Source: Longimicrobiales bacterium (lineage in GTDB: Bacteria; Gemmatimonadota; Gemmatimonadetes; Longimicrobiales; Gaopeijiaceae). From it: DNA of 64,000 bases. This document shows positions 1-8,850 of this stretch, piece by piece. Location: assembly GCA_965202805.1 (NCBI GenBank), contig OZ241869.1, forward strand, positions 480,001 through 544,000, read 5' to 3'. The notes under the pieces were generated by a model that did no database searches, was not told the DNA's origin, and saw nothing but the letters and a program-made list of their open reading frames with translations. Each line of letters starts with the position of its first letter. Within the stretch, counting starts at the first letter, position 1. A program made the position numbers and the translations under genes.

Positions 1-48
1 GAGGCACGAGGCGCTCCCGGACAGGGTGCGTGGCGCGAGTGCCTGGGC

Positions 49-1407
49 ATGCTTTCCGGCTTCGTTGCTTGCGCGCTGACGCTCGGATCCGGCCTGCTCC
101 TCATGGGCGGCACCGGCTACCTCGGATCTCCGGGTGCGGTCGCGACACCGATCCTGGCCGGCGCAGTCGCTTCTCTTGCGGCCTTGGCGAGTCTGCTCGT
201 TCACAGACAATCGCGGTTAAGACAGCCGGTCCTCCCGCTGCTGGCGCTCGGGGTGCTCGGCGCAGGGTCATGCGCCCGCGAGGCTCCGGATACATCGACG
301 GTTGAGGTCGAGATCTCCCGTTCGGCGCTTACGATCTTCCAGGAGGGTGAGGAGTTGTGGGACGTGCGCGACGTCATCGAGTCCGGCGAGGTGATCTGGG
401 TACTCACCGCAGCCGCACCCTTTCTCCGGGCCTACGATCGCTCCGGCCGCATGCTCGCCGACTTCGGCAAGTCGGGCGACGGGCCGGGGGAACTCCGCAA
501 CCCCTGGGTCCTTTCCGCTGCAACGTCCGGCGGCGAGGTGATCGCCTGGGATCTCGGCACGCGCAGGCGTTCCCGGTTCGATGTGGAAGGCAACTTCCTG
601 ACCTCAACGCCCACGACCATCACCCGGGAGTCCATCCGAGCGGATATCAGGAGCGTGACATTCGGAGATCCGTTCCGAGTGGCCGAAGACGACACCGGAA
701 TCTGGACGGCCAGCTATCCCGGCGGGATCACCCGCGGCGACGACTTCTGGAGCGGCAGGATCGTGCGCCATGCGCACGGTGATGTCGAGCCAGCCGTGGC
801 CGTGGACTTCGCCGTTGACCTTCCCGGAGCCGCAAGCCGCGTTCAGGCCATGGGTCTCGCCCCGGTGCCCCTGTGGGACGGGTGTGCCGATGGCGTCGTC
901 GCCGTGCTCGATCCGGTCGACCGCAGCCTTCATCTCTACGGTCCCGGCGGCACGAAAGTCAGGCAGATTGCGCTGCCCTGGACCAGCCGGCCGCTGTCGC
1001 ATGAAGAGCGTTTGGGCTATGTCCGCGCGATGATGCGCAACGAAACGCGAGGAACGAACGTCAACGACGGCGAGATCGAACGCGCCGCCGAGGACGTGCT
1101 GAAGCAGGCGGGCGGCCACCTGCCGGAAGTGGCCCCGATCGGCATAGATCTTCGCTGCTCCCCTGAGCGGATCTGGATTCAGGAGTTCGACGGTTCGTCC
1201 CATCCTCTCGGATATGGCAGGACCTGGATGACGGTTGCCCTGAACGACACAGCCCCACAATTCCAGAGGATCGTCTTTCCCGATGGGTTCACACCCTATC
1301 GCTTGATGGGCTCGGTAGCGGTCGGCGTGGTGAGAGACTCCATGGAGCTACAGCGCATTGCGATCGTGCGCCTCCCGGTGCCCATGCCCACTGTGGCAGG
1401 TCCTTGA
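49..1407 (+). CDS. Exported/membrane-anchored 6-bladed beta-propeller-like protein (frame is open from base 1, so it may start upstream of the window)
   Basis: Hydrophobic N-terminus, lipobox-like LGAGSC, motif FGKSGDGPGELRNP typical of NHL/6-bladed propeller proteins. Confidence 0.6.
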   Translation: MLSGFVACALTLGSGLLLMGGTGYLGSPGAVATPILAGAVASLAALASLLVHRQSRLRQPVLPLLALGVLGAGSCAREAPDTSTVEVEISRSALTIFQEGEELWDVRDVIESGEVIWVLTAAAPFLRAYDRSGRMLADFGKSGDGPGELRNPWVLSAATSGGEVIAWDLGTRRRSRFDVEGNFLTSTPTTITRESIRADIRSVTFGDPFRVAEDDTGIWTASYPGGITRGDDFWSGRIVRHAHGDVEPAVAVDFAVDLPGAASRVQAMGLAPVPLWDGCADGVVAVLDPVDRSLHLYGPGGTKVRQIALPWTSRPLSHEERLGYVRAMMRNETRGTNVNDGEIERAAEDVLKQAGGHLPEVAPIGIDLRCSPERIWIQEFDGSSHPLGYGRTWMTVALNDTAPQFQRIVFPDGFTPYRLMGSVAVGVVRDSMELQRIAIVRLPVPMPTVAGP

Positions 1408-1474
1408 AGAGCGGTAGATCCGCCCAAGCCGGGCTCGCCGTCGGTCGCGTGCTCCAACGAGCGCCGGCCAGCTT

Positions 1475-1534
1475 GGAACAGGACCCCCTCCCGCCATCGG
1501 CCGTGTCGGCGGACCAGATCATGTCGGGATGGCG
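1475..1534 (-). pseudogene. 60-bp fragment of an Rpn/YhgA-like nuclease gene
   Basis: Encodes RHPDMIWSADTADGGR; closely similar to 2883-2940 and 16203-16260. Confidence 0.8.
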
Positions 1535-1610
1535 TCTGCCCGCCGCGTTGGTCCCGAAGGCCGGGTCGTCGGGCTGGACATGGACGTGTCTGTTGACAAA
1601 ACGCACACAA

Positions 1611-1802
1611 GGCGGTCTGGTGGACGTCCTTGAGCATCCCAACCAGGAACGGTACCGGGGCCAGAAGATCTACGTCGTCGACATCGAACACTACCTCTAC
1701 CTGGTGCCCTTCGTGACCGGCGCGGACGGCACGCGATTCCTGAAGACGATCATCCCGAGTCGAAAGGCGACCAGACACTACCGGAAGAGGCGATCATCGT
1801 GA
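1611..1802 (+). pseudogene. 5'-truncated BrnT-like (RelE-fold) toxin
   Basis: GGLVDVLEHPNQERYRGQKIYVV...YLVPFV...FLKTIIPSRKAT matches the C-terminal two-thirds of this toxin family; no proper N-terminus or start; overlaps the antitoxin start (GTGA). Confidence 0.7.
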
Positions 1803-2080
1803 ACGACCAACTGAACACCGAAGAGCGGGAGATCCTCGAAAAGTTCGAACGGGGTGAACTGAGGTCTGCTCCGGAGGCCCACCACGAGATGGAGATCGCC
1901 CCTCAAGCGGCCCGCAATACCTTCAACAAGACCCGGCGAGTCAACCTGCGGGTAACGGAACTGGACTTCTCCCGAGCGCACGCGAGGGCGCGCGAAGAGG
2001 GCATTCCCTATCAGACGCTGTTGTCGAGCGTCCTCCACAAGTACTTGGCGGGACGGCTCGTGGAGAAGCCGCGGCGCTGA
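1799..2080 (+). CDS. CopG/BrnA-like ribbon-helix-helix antitoxin
   Basis: RRVNLRV...ARAREEGIPYQTLLSSVLHKY motif; coupled to the toxin remnant. Confidence 0.8.
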   Translation: MNDQLNTEEREILEKFERGELRSAPEAHHEMEIAPQAARNTFNKTRRVNLRVTELDFSRAHARAREEGIPYQTLLSSVLHKYLAGRLVEKPRR

Positions 2081-2156
2081 TCGAGGCTGCGGTCGCGGCG
2101 TGCCTCGACATCCGGGGTCGCGAGATGGGGTCTGGGGTGGTGTCGTGAGGGCGACG

Positions 2157-2423
2157 TCAGGCTGTCCGCACCCGCTCGATGAACTCCTCTCCCGTGCCGC
2201 ACTCGAGCAGTGCGTCAGTCACACGGTCGATGCCCTCAGGGCCGCGTAGCCTCTCAATCACATCCGAGACCTGCCCCGCCGTTTCCTCGCCGAACCTCCG
2301 GACGATCTGCCGCCGCAGAACCATTTTCTGACCCTGCCGGCGACCCTGTTGGCGACCCTGCCGAGCGCCCCGCTGGACCAACTCGTCCAGGCTTCGGTGA
2401 AACCTGTCCACCAATTCGGTCAT
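2157..2423 (-). CDS. Putative internally translated RpnS-type small protein (88 aa, in frame within Rpn)
   Basis: AGGAGGAG-CGAAGACG-ATG inside the Rpn gene ahead of MTELVDRFHRSLDELVQ; same layout as described RpnL/RpnS pairs. Confidence 0.65.
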   Translation of the reverse strand: MTELVDRFHRSLDELVQRGARQGRQQGRRQGQKMVLRRQIVRRFGEETAGQVSDVIERLRGPEGIDRVTDALLECGTGEEFIERVRTA

Positions 2424-3092
2424 CGTCTTCGCTCCTCCTAGCCTCAGTTCCTCCGGGTAGTTCCTCAAAACTAACATGGTGTCCATTCGCCCGACCATGA
2501 ACGCGTCCAAGCTCGCGTCCCCGCGCTCCAAGACCCTGAGTCGCAGAGCCGCCACCTGCGCGGCCATCTCCTCAAAAGAGAGGCTGCGGGCCAGGCTCAG
2601 CACCAGGGCCGTCGCGTCGTCCAGCGGATCGCCAGCTCCCGTCTCCGCTCTCCACGAGACCAGACGGAAGCGGCCCGGTTTCGACCGCTGGAAGAGATCG
2701 TCCACCCGAGTCGGACCGCTCCAGGGGCCATCGCCGTGGTAGAGGACCAGGTAGACGAACTCCGGGAGCGGATCCTCCGACCGAGTGTCCCGATCGCCGA
2801 CGATTCTCTCAAGCGCCAACCCCGTGTACGTGGTCGTTCGCAGCGCCATCAGCCGCTCGGCCTTTCGCTGAAACTCGACCAGGAACAGGACCCTGCTGCC
2901 ATGGGCCGTGTCGGCGGACCAGATCATGTCGGGATGGCGGTGTTGCAGGGTTTTCCTGCTGATGAGCTCGGTCGGTTCTTCCCGCAGGGTCGAGAAGTCG
3001 ATCTCGTCCGCCCATTCGGGCACGTGGTCCCGGATCAGGATCTCGATCATGCGAGGGTCGCCGAACACCGACTTGAGGAAGGGATCGTGCAC
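2157..3092 (-). CDS. Rpn family recombination-promoting nuclease / YhgA-like putative transposase with DUF4351-like C-terminus
   Basis: GGAG + GTG start; HDPFLKSVF...IDFSTL...HPDMIW...FLVEFQ PD-(D/E)XK-like core, VLYHGDGPW, C-terminal (R/Q)QG repeats and RRFG. Confidence 0.85.
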   Translation of the reverse strand: MHDPFLKSVFGDPRMIEILIRDHVPEWADEIDFSTLREEPTELISRKTLQHRHPDMIWSADTAHGSRVLFLVEFQRKAERLMALRTTTYTGLALERIVGDRDTRSEDPLPEFVYLVLYHGDGPWSGPTRVDDLFQRSKPGRFRLVSWRAETGAGDPLDDATALVLSLARSLSFEEMAAQVAALRLRVLERGDASLDAFMVGRMDTMLVLRNYPEELRLGGAKTMTELVDRFHRSLDELVQRGARQGRQQGRRQGQKMVLRRQIVRRFGEETAGQVSDVIERLRGPEGIDRVTDALLECGTGEEFIERVRTA

Positions 3093-3415
3093 GGAGACTC
3101 CGTGATTCGGGGAGGCTCCAATCTCGCCGAAATACGCGGGCGGTCGAATGGCTGAATGGGGCGCCAGGGTCGACGTACAGCTCGTCGCCGACGACGAGAG
3201 TGCAGGGAACTCGGAAGCGTTTGACTTCCGAGTACTTCCGGGTCGCCTGCCGCGTGGAACCCGGGGTGGCCGGAAGATGGCCTTTGCGACGTGCTCGGGC
3301 AGTTGCTCTACACCGTTGGCCAGGTCGGACGCCGCTCGTCCCTCAGCCCAATCCACGCGATCCCGTCCACATGCACGAAGTGGCGGGCGGCCGACACCAG
3401 ATCGGCTCCGGTTCC
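3093..3415. repeat. Duplicated block (vapC tail + hairpin-containing spacer + Rpn leader); second copy at about 16414-16735
   Basis: Collinear similar sequence, including the identical inverted repeat ACTCGGAAG-CGTTTGA-CTTCCGAGT. Confidence 0.9.
3308..3415 (-). pseudogene. 3' remnant of a VapC/PIN toxin
   Basis: TGADLVSAARHFVHVDGIAWI, matching the longer remnant at 16631-16818. Confidence 0.7.
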
Positions 3416-3736
3416 GGCGGCCAGTCGCCGGATGTTCTCCCACCGACCACGATCACCGCCGGTCGAGGCCGTCGACTTCGCGGATGCGCCTGGGTCGTCA
3501 CCGGCGCCTGCGTGGTCGGCGTTGCCACCGCTTCGGCGCCGGTGCCTCCAGCCTCCGGGACGGAGTCCGTCCGTCCCTCCGCCGGGGTCGAACCGTCGCG
3601 GCACTCGGAACCGGCCTGCCCGCAGCGTCGGCGCTGCTGGCCAACTGGCTTCTCTGTGCAAGTTGGCGCGGTCCAGTGCGCGTCCTCGGGAAGCGATCCC
3701 TTCTCAGGCTACCATTGGCGGGGGGCGGGTGTACCC

Positions 3737-4373
3737 TTAGATCACACAGTCTCTCCCCGAGCAACGGTTGCCGCCGCGATTCACGCGATAGAGTACGACC
3801 CACAACATCTCGGTCGGGTAGTTCCGGGCGTCCTCGCGGATGTCGAGCGCCCAAACCTCGACACAGCGCCAGAGCCAGTCCGGGCACCTCAGTTGACCGT
3901 TCGCGTCTCTCCACATCGGCTTGCGCTCCAACTGGAGCCTCCAAAGGGTCCGTGGCCTTAAGAGTAAACGCCCCGGAGACCGCCTCGGCGACAAGCTGGC
4001 GCTCGCTGTCTCGGAGTCTTACCACGAAGCCGACTTGTCCAGAATCTGGAAGCCTGGTCTCCCATCTGCGACGCGGTGCCCGGAAATCAGCAGCCGTCAG
4101 GGTGGGGGGACGGCCATCTCCGCCATCGATGCCGGTGATTTCGACTTCGATGCCCGCCATCCCGCGGGGATCATCCGGTGAGTTGATGATGCGGACTGGC
4201 GCATCGCTGGGGCCGCCAGTTCCGTCTCCAGCTAGCTGGACCCTGAGAATGGACCCGTCATCCTCACTGATGCCGAAGGCCGAGCAGGCTTGCAGCGCTA
4301 CCACCAACAAGAGATGTCCGCCGACAGCGCCGCACTTCCTGGCGGGGGGCTGTCGCTCAGAAACAGACGACAT
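3737..4373 (-). pseudogene. Lipoprotein-like exported protein with an apparent frameshift near 3960
   Basis: Lipobox LLLVVALQAC; the protein-like frame switches at GAFTL|RPRTLWRLQLERK...DARNYPTEMLWVVLYRV. Confidence 0.5.
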
Positions 4374-4404
4374 CCGATGCGCAGTCATGGAAGACGGCAG
4401 AGGC

Positions 4405-4644
4405 TCATTTCGGCCATCCCAGCAAGTGCTCCTTGCCAGTCTCAACGGCTACAAACCTGTGCCTGCCTGCCCTGACCTCACGTGATTCTCGTTCCGTGAC
4501 ATTTATCCGATAGCGCCATGACGGGAAACGCCAAGACGCATACCTGTCAAGCAGCGCGTCGGCAGCCTTGGAGAGCAGCCTGAAGAGCACGTACATGGCG
4601 ATCGCAAACAGAATCAGGTTCACCAAATCCGAGCGAAATCCCAT
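4405..4644 (-). CDS. Small membrane protein, hypothetical
   Basis: One hydrophobic helix LVNLILFAIAMYVLFRLL. Confidence 0.35.
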   Translation of the reverse strand: MGFRSDLVNLILFAIAMYVLFRLLSKAADALLDRYASWRFPSWRYRINVTERESREVRAGRHRFVAVETGKEHLLGWPK

Positions 4645-4676
4645 GCCTTGGGCGAGCCGCCTCTCCGGCGGTCGCG

Positions 4677-5546
4677 TCAGCCCTTGGCGCGCAGCCTGCG
4701 CCGACACTCTGGATGCAACGCCGTTACCAGGCGATTGAAGTGTTCGCGCATCCACTCGACGGCTTCGTCAAAGTCGCGGATGGCCGTCCCGTCTACGAAC
4801 TCCGCCGCACGACTGAAACCCAGGCGCGGGCGTCCTGAGGGGTTGGACCAGCGCTCCCAGCCGTCGAGCGCGCCGGCTAGTTCTTCATCACTGTCAAGAG
4901 CGCCCATGATCTCTTCAAAAACTCTCTCCTCCTCGGGGAAGCCCGCCCGCCACGTCAGGTAGGTTCCGATACTGGATTGGCTGCGGTTGAGAAAGGCGCC
5001 GACGTAGGAGACGATGTCTTCGACGCCTTCGCGGATTCCGTCACCGATGATCAGGAGCAGGAACTCGCCTCGTTTGAGTCGGCGGGCGACGGCATCGATG
5101 AAGATGTGCTCCTGCACGTCGCCGTGCGCCTCGGAGACGATGTCGAAGGGCGACCGCTTGACCCGTTTCCTGACCTCTCTCTCCAAGTCGTCGTAGCTCC
5201 ACGACGCGAGTACACGGGCGTAGTCGAGGATCTGGCCGATCACCTCCCTGCGCGCACTCGAATTCCTCCAAAGTTTGAACTCGGCAAGAATGATCCTCCC
5301 GGTCGGGGTCAGGTATAGCGCATCAACGAACCCCACCCGCGTGCCCAATTCCCTACAGACCGGAACCGGCGTTTCGTATGCGGAGTCGATTTCGTCGAGG
5401 GGCAGAGCATCCGCGTGCCGGAACAGGATGTCCTGCAAGCGGTTCTCGTCGATGGTGTCCGCCCGTCCTGACGACACGGGAGTGACGCGCCGCCATGTGG
5501 TTCTCTCGGTGAAATCGCCGCTCAGTTGAATCAGATTTCCGTACAT
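4677..5546 (-). CDS. NucS/EndoMS-like PD-(D/E)XK nuclease with DUF4268-like tail (possible internal deletion)
   Basis: ENRLQDIL...CRELGTRVGFVDALYLTPTGRIILAEFKLWRN...RREVIGQILDYA. Confidence 0.65.
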   Translation of the reverse strand: MYGNLIQLSGDFTERTTWRRVTPVSSGRADTIDENRLQDILFRHADALPLDEIDSAYETPVPVCRELGTRVGFVDALYLTPTGRIILAEFKLWRNSSARREVIGQILDYARVLASWSYDDLEREVRKRVKRSPFDIVSEAHGDVQEHIFIDAVARRLKRGEFLLLIIGDGIREGVEDIVSYVGAFLNRSQSSIGTYLTWRAGFPEEERVFEEIMGALDSDEELAGALDGWERWSNPSGRPRLGFSRAAEFVDGTAIRDFDEAVEWMREHFNRLVTALHPECRRRLRAKG

Positions 5547-5607
5547 GTGCCGCTACCGTTCGAGGTTCCCGCTTCGGCTGCGGCTGCGACTCCCAGAGGT
5601 TGGCGAA

Positions 5608-5985
5608 GGGTGCGATGAACTCCTCTCCCGTGCCGCACTCGAACAGCGCGTCGGTCACACGGTCGATGCCCTCCGGGCCGGGTAGTTCCTCAAGCACATC
5701 TGACACCTTCCCTGCGGTCTCTTCGCCGAACCTCCGGGCGATCTGCTGCCGCAGGACCATTTTCTGACCCTGCCGACGCCCCTGCCGGGCACCCCTCTGG
5801 ACCAATTCGTCCAGGCTTCGGTGAAATCGTTCCACCATCTCAGTCATCGTCTTCGCTCCTCCCAGCTTCAGTTCCTCCGGGTAGTCGCTCAATCGTAACA
5901 TGGTGTCCATCCGCTCGACCATGAACGCGTCGGGGTTTGGATCTTCAGGCGGAAGCGACCCGGTTCCGACCGCTGAAGGAGGTCT
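5608..5985 (-). pseudogene. Internally deleted Rpn 3' remnant that keeps the RpnS SD and ATG (5847)
   Basis: Closely similar to 2170-2520 and 2660-2700; GGGAGGAG-CGAAGACG-ATG; last codons replaced, so the frame runs on to 5353. Confidence 0.8.
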
Positions 5986-6097
5986 TCCACCTCTACACCG
6001 TTGGCCAGGTCGGACGTGGGTAGCGGGGGCTGCGGAGGCGTGGCAGATTTCCGAGGCGGACCTGGCGGGGATGATGTCGTTCAAGGAGGACGAAGAG

Positions 6098-6349
6098 ATG
6101 TACGAGAGAGCAAAGGAGTTGAGGGACCAGGTCCACCGTGACGGGGTCCGGCAGGGCTTGGAGCAGGGCCGCAGGGAGCGGGCGCTTGTAGTGCGGCGTT
6201 TCGCGGCCAGGAAATTCGGAGCGGAGACGGCCGAGCGGCTGACGCGGATCCTCGAAGACAGGGCGGATGCAGATCGGCTCGACGAGGTCGTCGATGCGAT
6301 CATCGATTGTGACAGCGGAGCGGAGTTGTTTGCCCGCGTGCGTGCGTAG
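6098..6349 (+). CDS. Stand-alone RpnS/DUF4351-like small protein of a second Rpn lineage
   Basis: AAGGAGG SD before ATG; GVRQGLEQGRRE...RKFGAETAERL...LDEVVDAIIDCDSGAELFARV. Confidence 0.65.
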   Translation: MYERAKELRDQVHRDGVRQGLEQGRRERALVVRRFAARKFGAETAERLTRILEDRADADRLDEVVDAIIDCDSGAELFARVRA

Positions 6350-6734
6350 CAGCCAGCTCGTGCGCGTGTTTCACACCGTCGGCGGGATCGGTCGGCGCCT
6401 GCCCCTCAGCTGAATCCACGCGTCCCGTCCACATGAGTCATCGATTTCGTTCCTCCTGCTTGATCGCGGCCACGAGCCGGGCCAACGCCTTTCGGTCTGC
6501 TGGACTCAGTTGAGCGGCCGAATGGCTGGGTGTTCCGGCAGGTGTGGCCAAGTCGGAGAGGCTCCGCCGCGAGGCCGTCGTCGGCCCAGTGGGCCGCCCT
6601 CCGGCTAGGAAGAGAGCCGGTTGCCGCAGAGTGGACTTGACGTGGGGGCGTCGGCTCACCGAAATATTCGCTGTCTAGTAGCGGAAACGTAAATGGCCAC
6701 GGACACGACTGAGCATTGCGCGGGAGAAGACGGG

Positions 6735-7700
6735 ATGCCCGAGATAAGAGCGTTGGAGCCCGTGAGCTTGAGGAAGGCTTGGCCCTACGAGGCGCACGAC
6801 TTTACCCCTTGGCTGGCCAAGCACATCGATCGCCTGGCGGACGTGCTGAACTTGAGCTTGGAACGAGTGCGAACGGAGGTAAGGTTGCCGGACGCCGGTC
6901 GCGTCGACATCTACGCCCGGCAAGCCGGAACCGACGCCGTCGTAGTGATCGAGAACCAACTTGGGGAGTCGGATGATTCGCACTGCCTCCGGTTGCTGGG
7001 CTATGCCGCCAACGCAGATGCCAACATCGTGGTGTGGGTGGCGCGTGATTTCACTTCCTACCACCGAAGCATCCTGGAATGGCTGAACGAAGCGGACACC
7101 ATCGATGTGTACGCCGTCGCGGTGCGGGCTTACCGCGTTGGCGAGGCCTTGGCAGCCGATTTCCAGACAGTGGTGGAGCCACCTCAATCGCGACCATCGG
7201 CATCACGTGCTCGGAGAAAGACGGCGACCACGCTGTACGCAGAGTTCTATCGGCCGCTGGTGGCGCGGCTGCGCCAACGAGGGGTGAAGCCAGTCGGGAA
7301 GGGTGGATGGCGCGGCCGGTGGCGGTCGTTCCAGACCGGACACCCCCGTGCCGTCTACGCCACGGGATTTACCGGCGTTCCGGACGGAAAGGGCATGGTG
7401 TTCCTATCCTTTCGCGGGACCGGCCACCAAGAGAGGTTCCGTGCCCTGCGTCGGCACCGGGAGGAGATCGACGGAGAGGTGGGCGGGACCGTCGTGTGGG
7501 AAGAGGGAAAGAAGGCGTCCCACGTCACGTTGGAAAGGAACGATGTGTTCAGTTTGACCGCCCCCGAGGAAGAGCTGGAGGCCGCTCGCCAATGGATGGC
7601 CGACAACCTGCTCTCGTTGCGACACGCTGTGCAGCCACACTTGGATGAGGCGATGCGTGCCAATGACGCCGACCTCGACGAAGTGAAGAGTGCCGATTGA
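6735..7700 (+). CDS. DUF4268-family protein with N-terminal NucS-like nuclease domain
   Basis: LRKAWPYEAHDFTPWL...GRVDIYA...VVIENQLGESDDSH...WVARDF...LEWLNE. Confidence 0.8.
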   Translation: MPEIRALEPVSLRKAWPYEAHDFTPWLAKHIDRLADVLNLSLERVRTEVRLPDAGRVDIYARQAGTDAVVVIENQLGESDDSHCLRLLGYAANADANIVVWVARDFTSYHRSILEWLNEADTIDVYAVAVRAYRVGEALAADFQTVVEPPQSRPSASRARRKTATTLYAEFYRPLVARLRQRGVKPVGKGGWRGRWRSFQTGHPRAVYATGFTGVPDGKGMVFLSFRGTGHQERFRALRRHREEIDGEVGGTVVWEEGKKASHVTLERNDVFSLTAPEEELEAARQWMADNLLSLRHAVQPHLDEAMRANDADLDEVKSAD

Positions 7701-7842
7701 GGCTCGCGGGCAGGTGCCGTGAGCAGCCCGTTCGCGCGTGGAGTGGTGACGACAAGGAGTGCGGCGAAGCTCGGCACGCCGCGTCTAATGGGCGGGCTAC
7801 GTCGCTCGACGGACACGGTGTGAAGTTCTGTCTTCCGCTCCC

Positions 7843-8313
7843 CTACAATTCCCCAACGCGCGTCAGGAAGACCCGTTGTATGGCTTCGGTCCGTTCGAGG
7901 AGCCAGTCGTAGAGCATCGAGTGAGACGCCTTGTCCTCGAAGTCGGTTGGCCCATCGTAGAGACAGTAGGCTCTACGGCGCTCCTTCCCCTCGGGTGGAT
8001 GCCAGGTAAGCTCGAAGCCCAGTTCGCCGTGGATGTCGTCACGTTGTGCTTTCAGCTCTCGGAAAAGGTGGTCGGCATTCGCTCCGGGCATCTTGAGCTG
8101 CAGGCGCAGTTCGTGCGGGCTGTGCGGGCTGACAACCCGGTTCCTCGGCCGGGTGGACGCGATGGCCTGCAAAACAACTCCAGGGAATGTATCAACGTCG
8201 TAGCAATGCTGGCGAGCAGGTGTTCTTGTTAACCGCACGTTGCCATTGTGCTTAGCGTACTCTTGCAGCCCCTGCCAAAACCTCTGTTGCATCCGTCCAA
8301 CACGGGTCGCCAT
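7843..8313 (-). CDS. Stand-alone DUF4268 domain protein
   Basis: QQRFWQGL...FRELKAQRDDIHGELGFELTW...YDWLLE. Confidence 0.7.
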   Translation of the reverse strand: MATRVGRMQQRFWQGLQEYAKHNGNVRLTRTPARQHCYDVDTFPGVVLQAIASTRPRNRVVSPHSPHELRLQLKMPGANADHLFRELKAQRDDIHGELGFELTWHPPEGKERRRAYCLYDGPTDFEDKASHSMLYDWLLERTEAIQRVFLTRVGEL

Positions 8314-8850
8314 GGTTTACCATTCCAAGAAACCGGGTTGACTACAGGTGATGCCTCGCTACGTGTTAGGCGCTCTCAAGATAGCGGGCTGTGTCCGAGG
8401 AGAACAAGCTCGCGCGACCGGGCTCTGCTGGGGTCAGGAAGGGGGCTCGACCCCGGCGGAAGAGGGCGAACTACCCAGCCGAGAACGCTGCCGGGGCGGC
8501 GGTTTTCCGGGGCGATCGACGGGGGGCGGAGCACCCCTCGCAGATGAGGCAGATCTGCGGGGGAAGGCCGTAACCCGTAGCGTCGACTACTCGGAATTGA
8601 AACTGGACGTGGCGATTACGGTGTCAGCGTGGTCCCGGGCGAGCGCCGGAGCTATCGAGAGCACCTGGTCCGCTGGATACCGCAGTAAGATCCGGCTGGC
8701 GTGCGCGACCGAGCCTCAGTGGGGGCAGGCCGGATCCTGATTGGGGTGGCTACGCGCCTGCTGCTACCGTGAAATGCCGTCGCCAGGGAGAGTCGAGAAA
8801 GGCGGAGCAGCGCGCTGCCAGCGGCTTGGCGTGATCCGCGGCGCTCGACC

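Noticed and set aside
6438..6530. LSPADRKALARLVAAIKQE, resembling a BlaI/CopY repressor tail
   Set aside because: Fragment of under 30 codons with no DNA-binding domain
8330..8600. Hairpin-rich intergenic stretch as an omega/HEARO-type RNA
   Set aside because: Only a vague GTTGAC...CTACG resemblance, no IscB/TnpB nearby, and the stems are explicable by high GC
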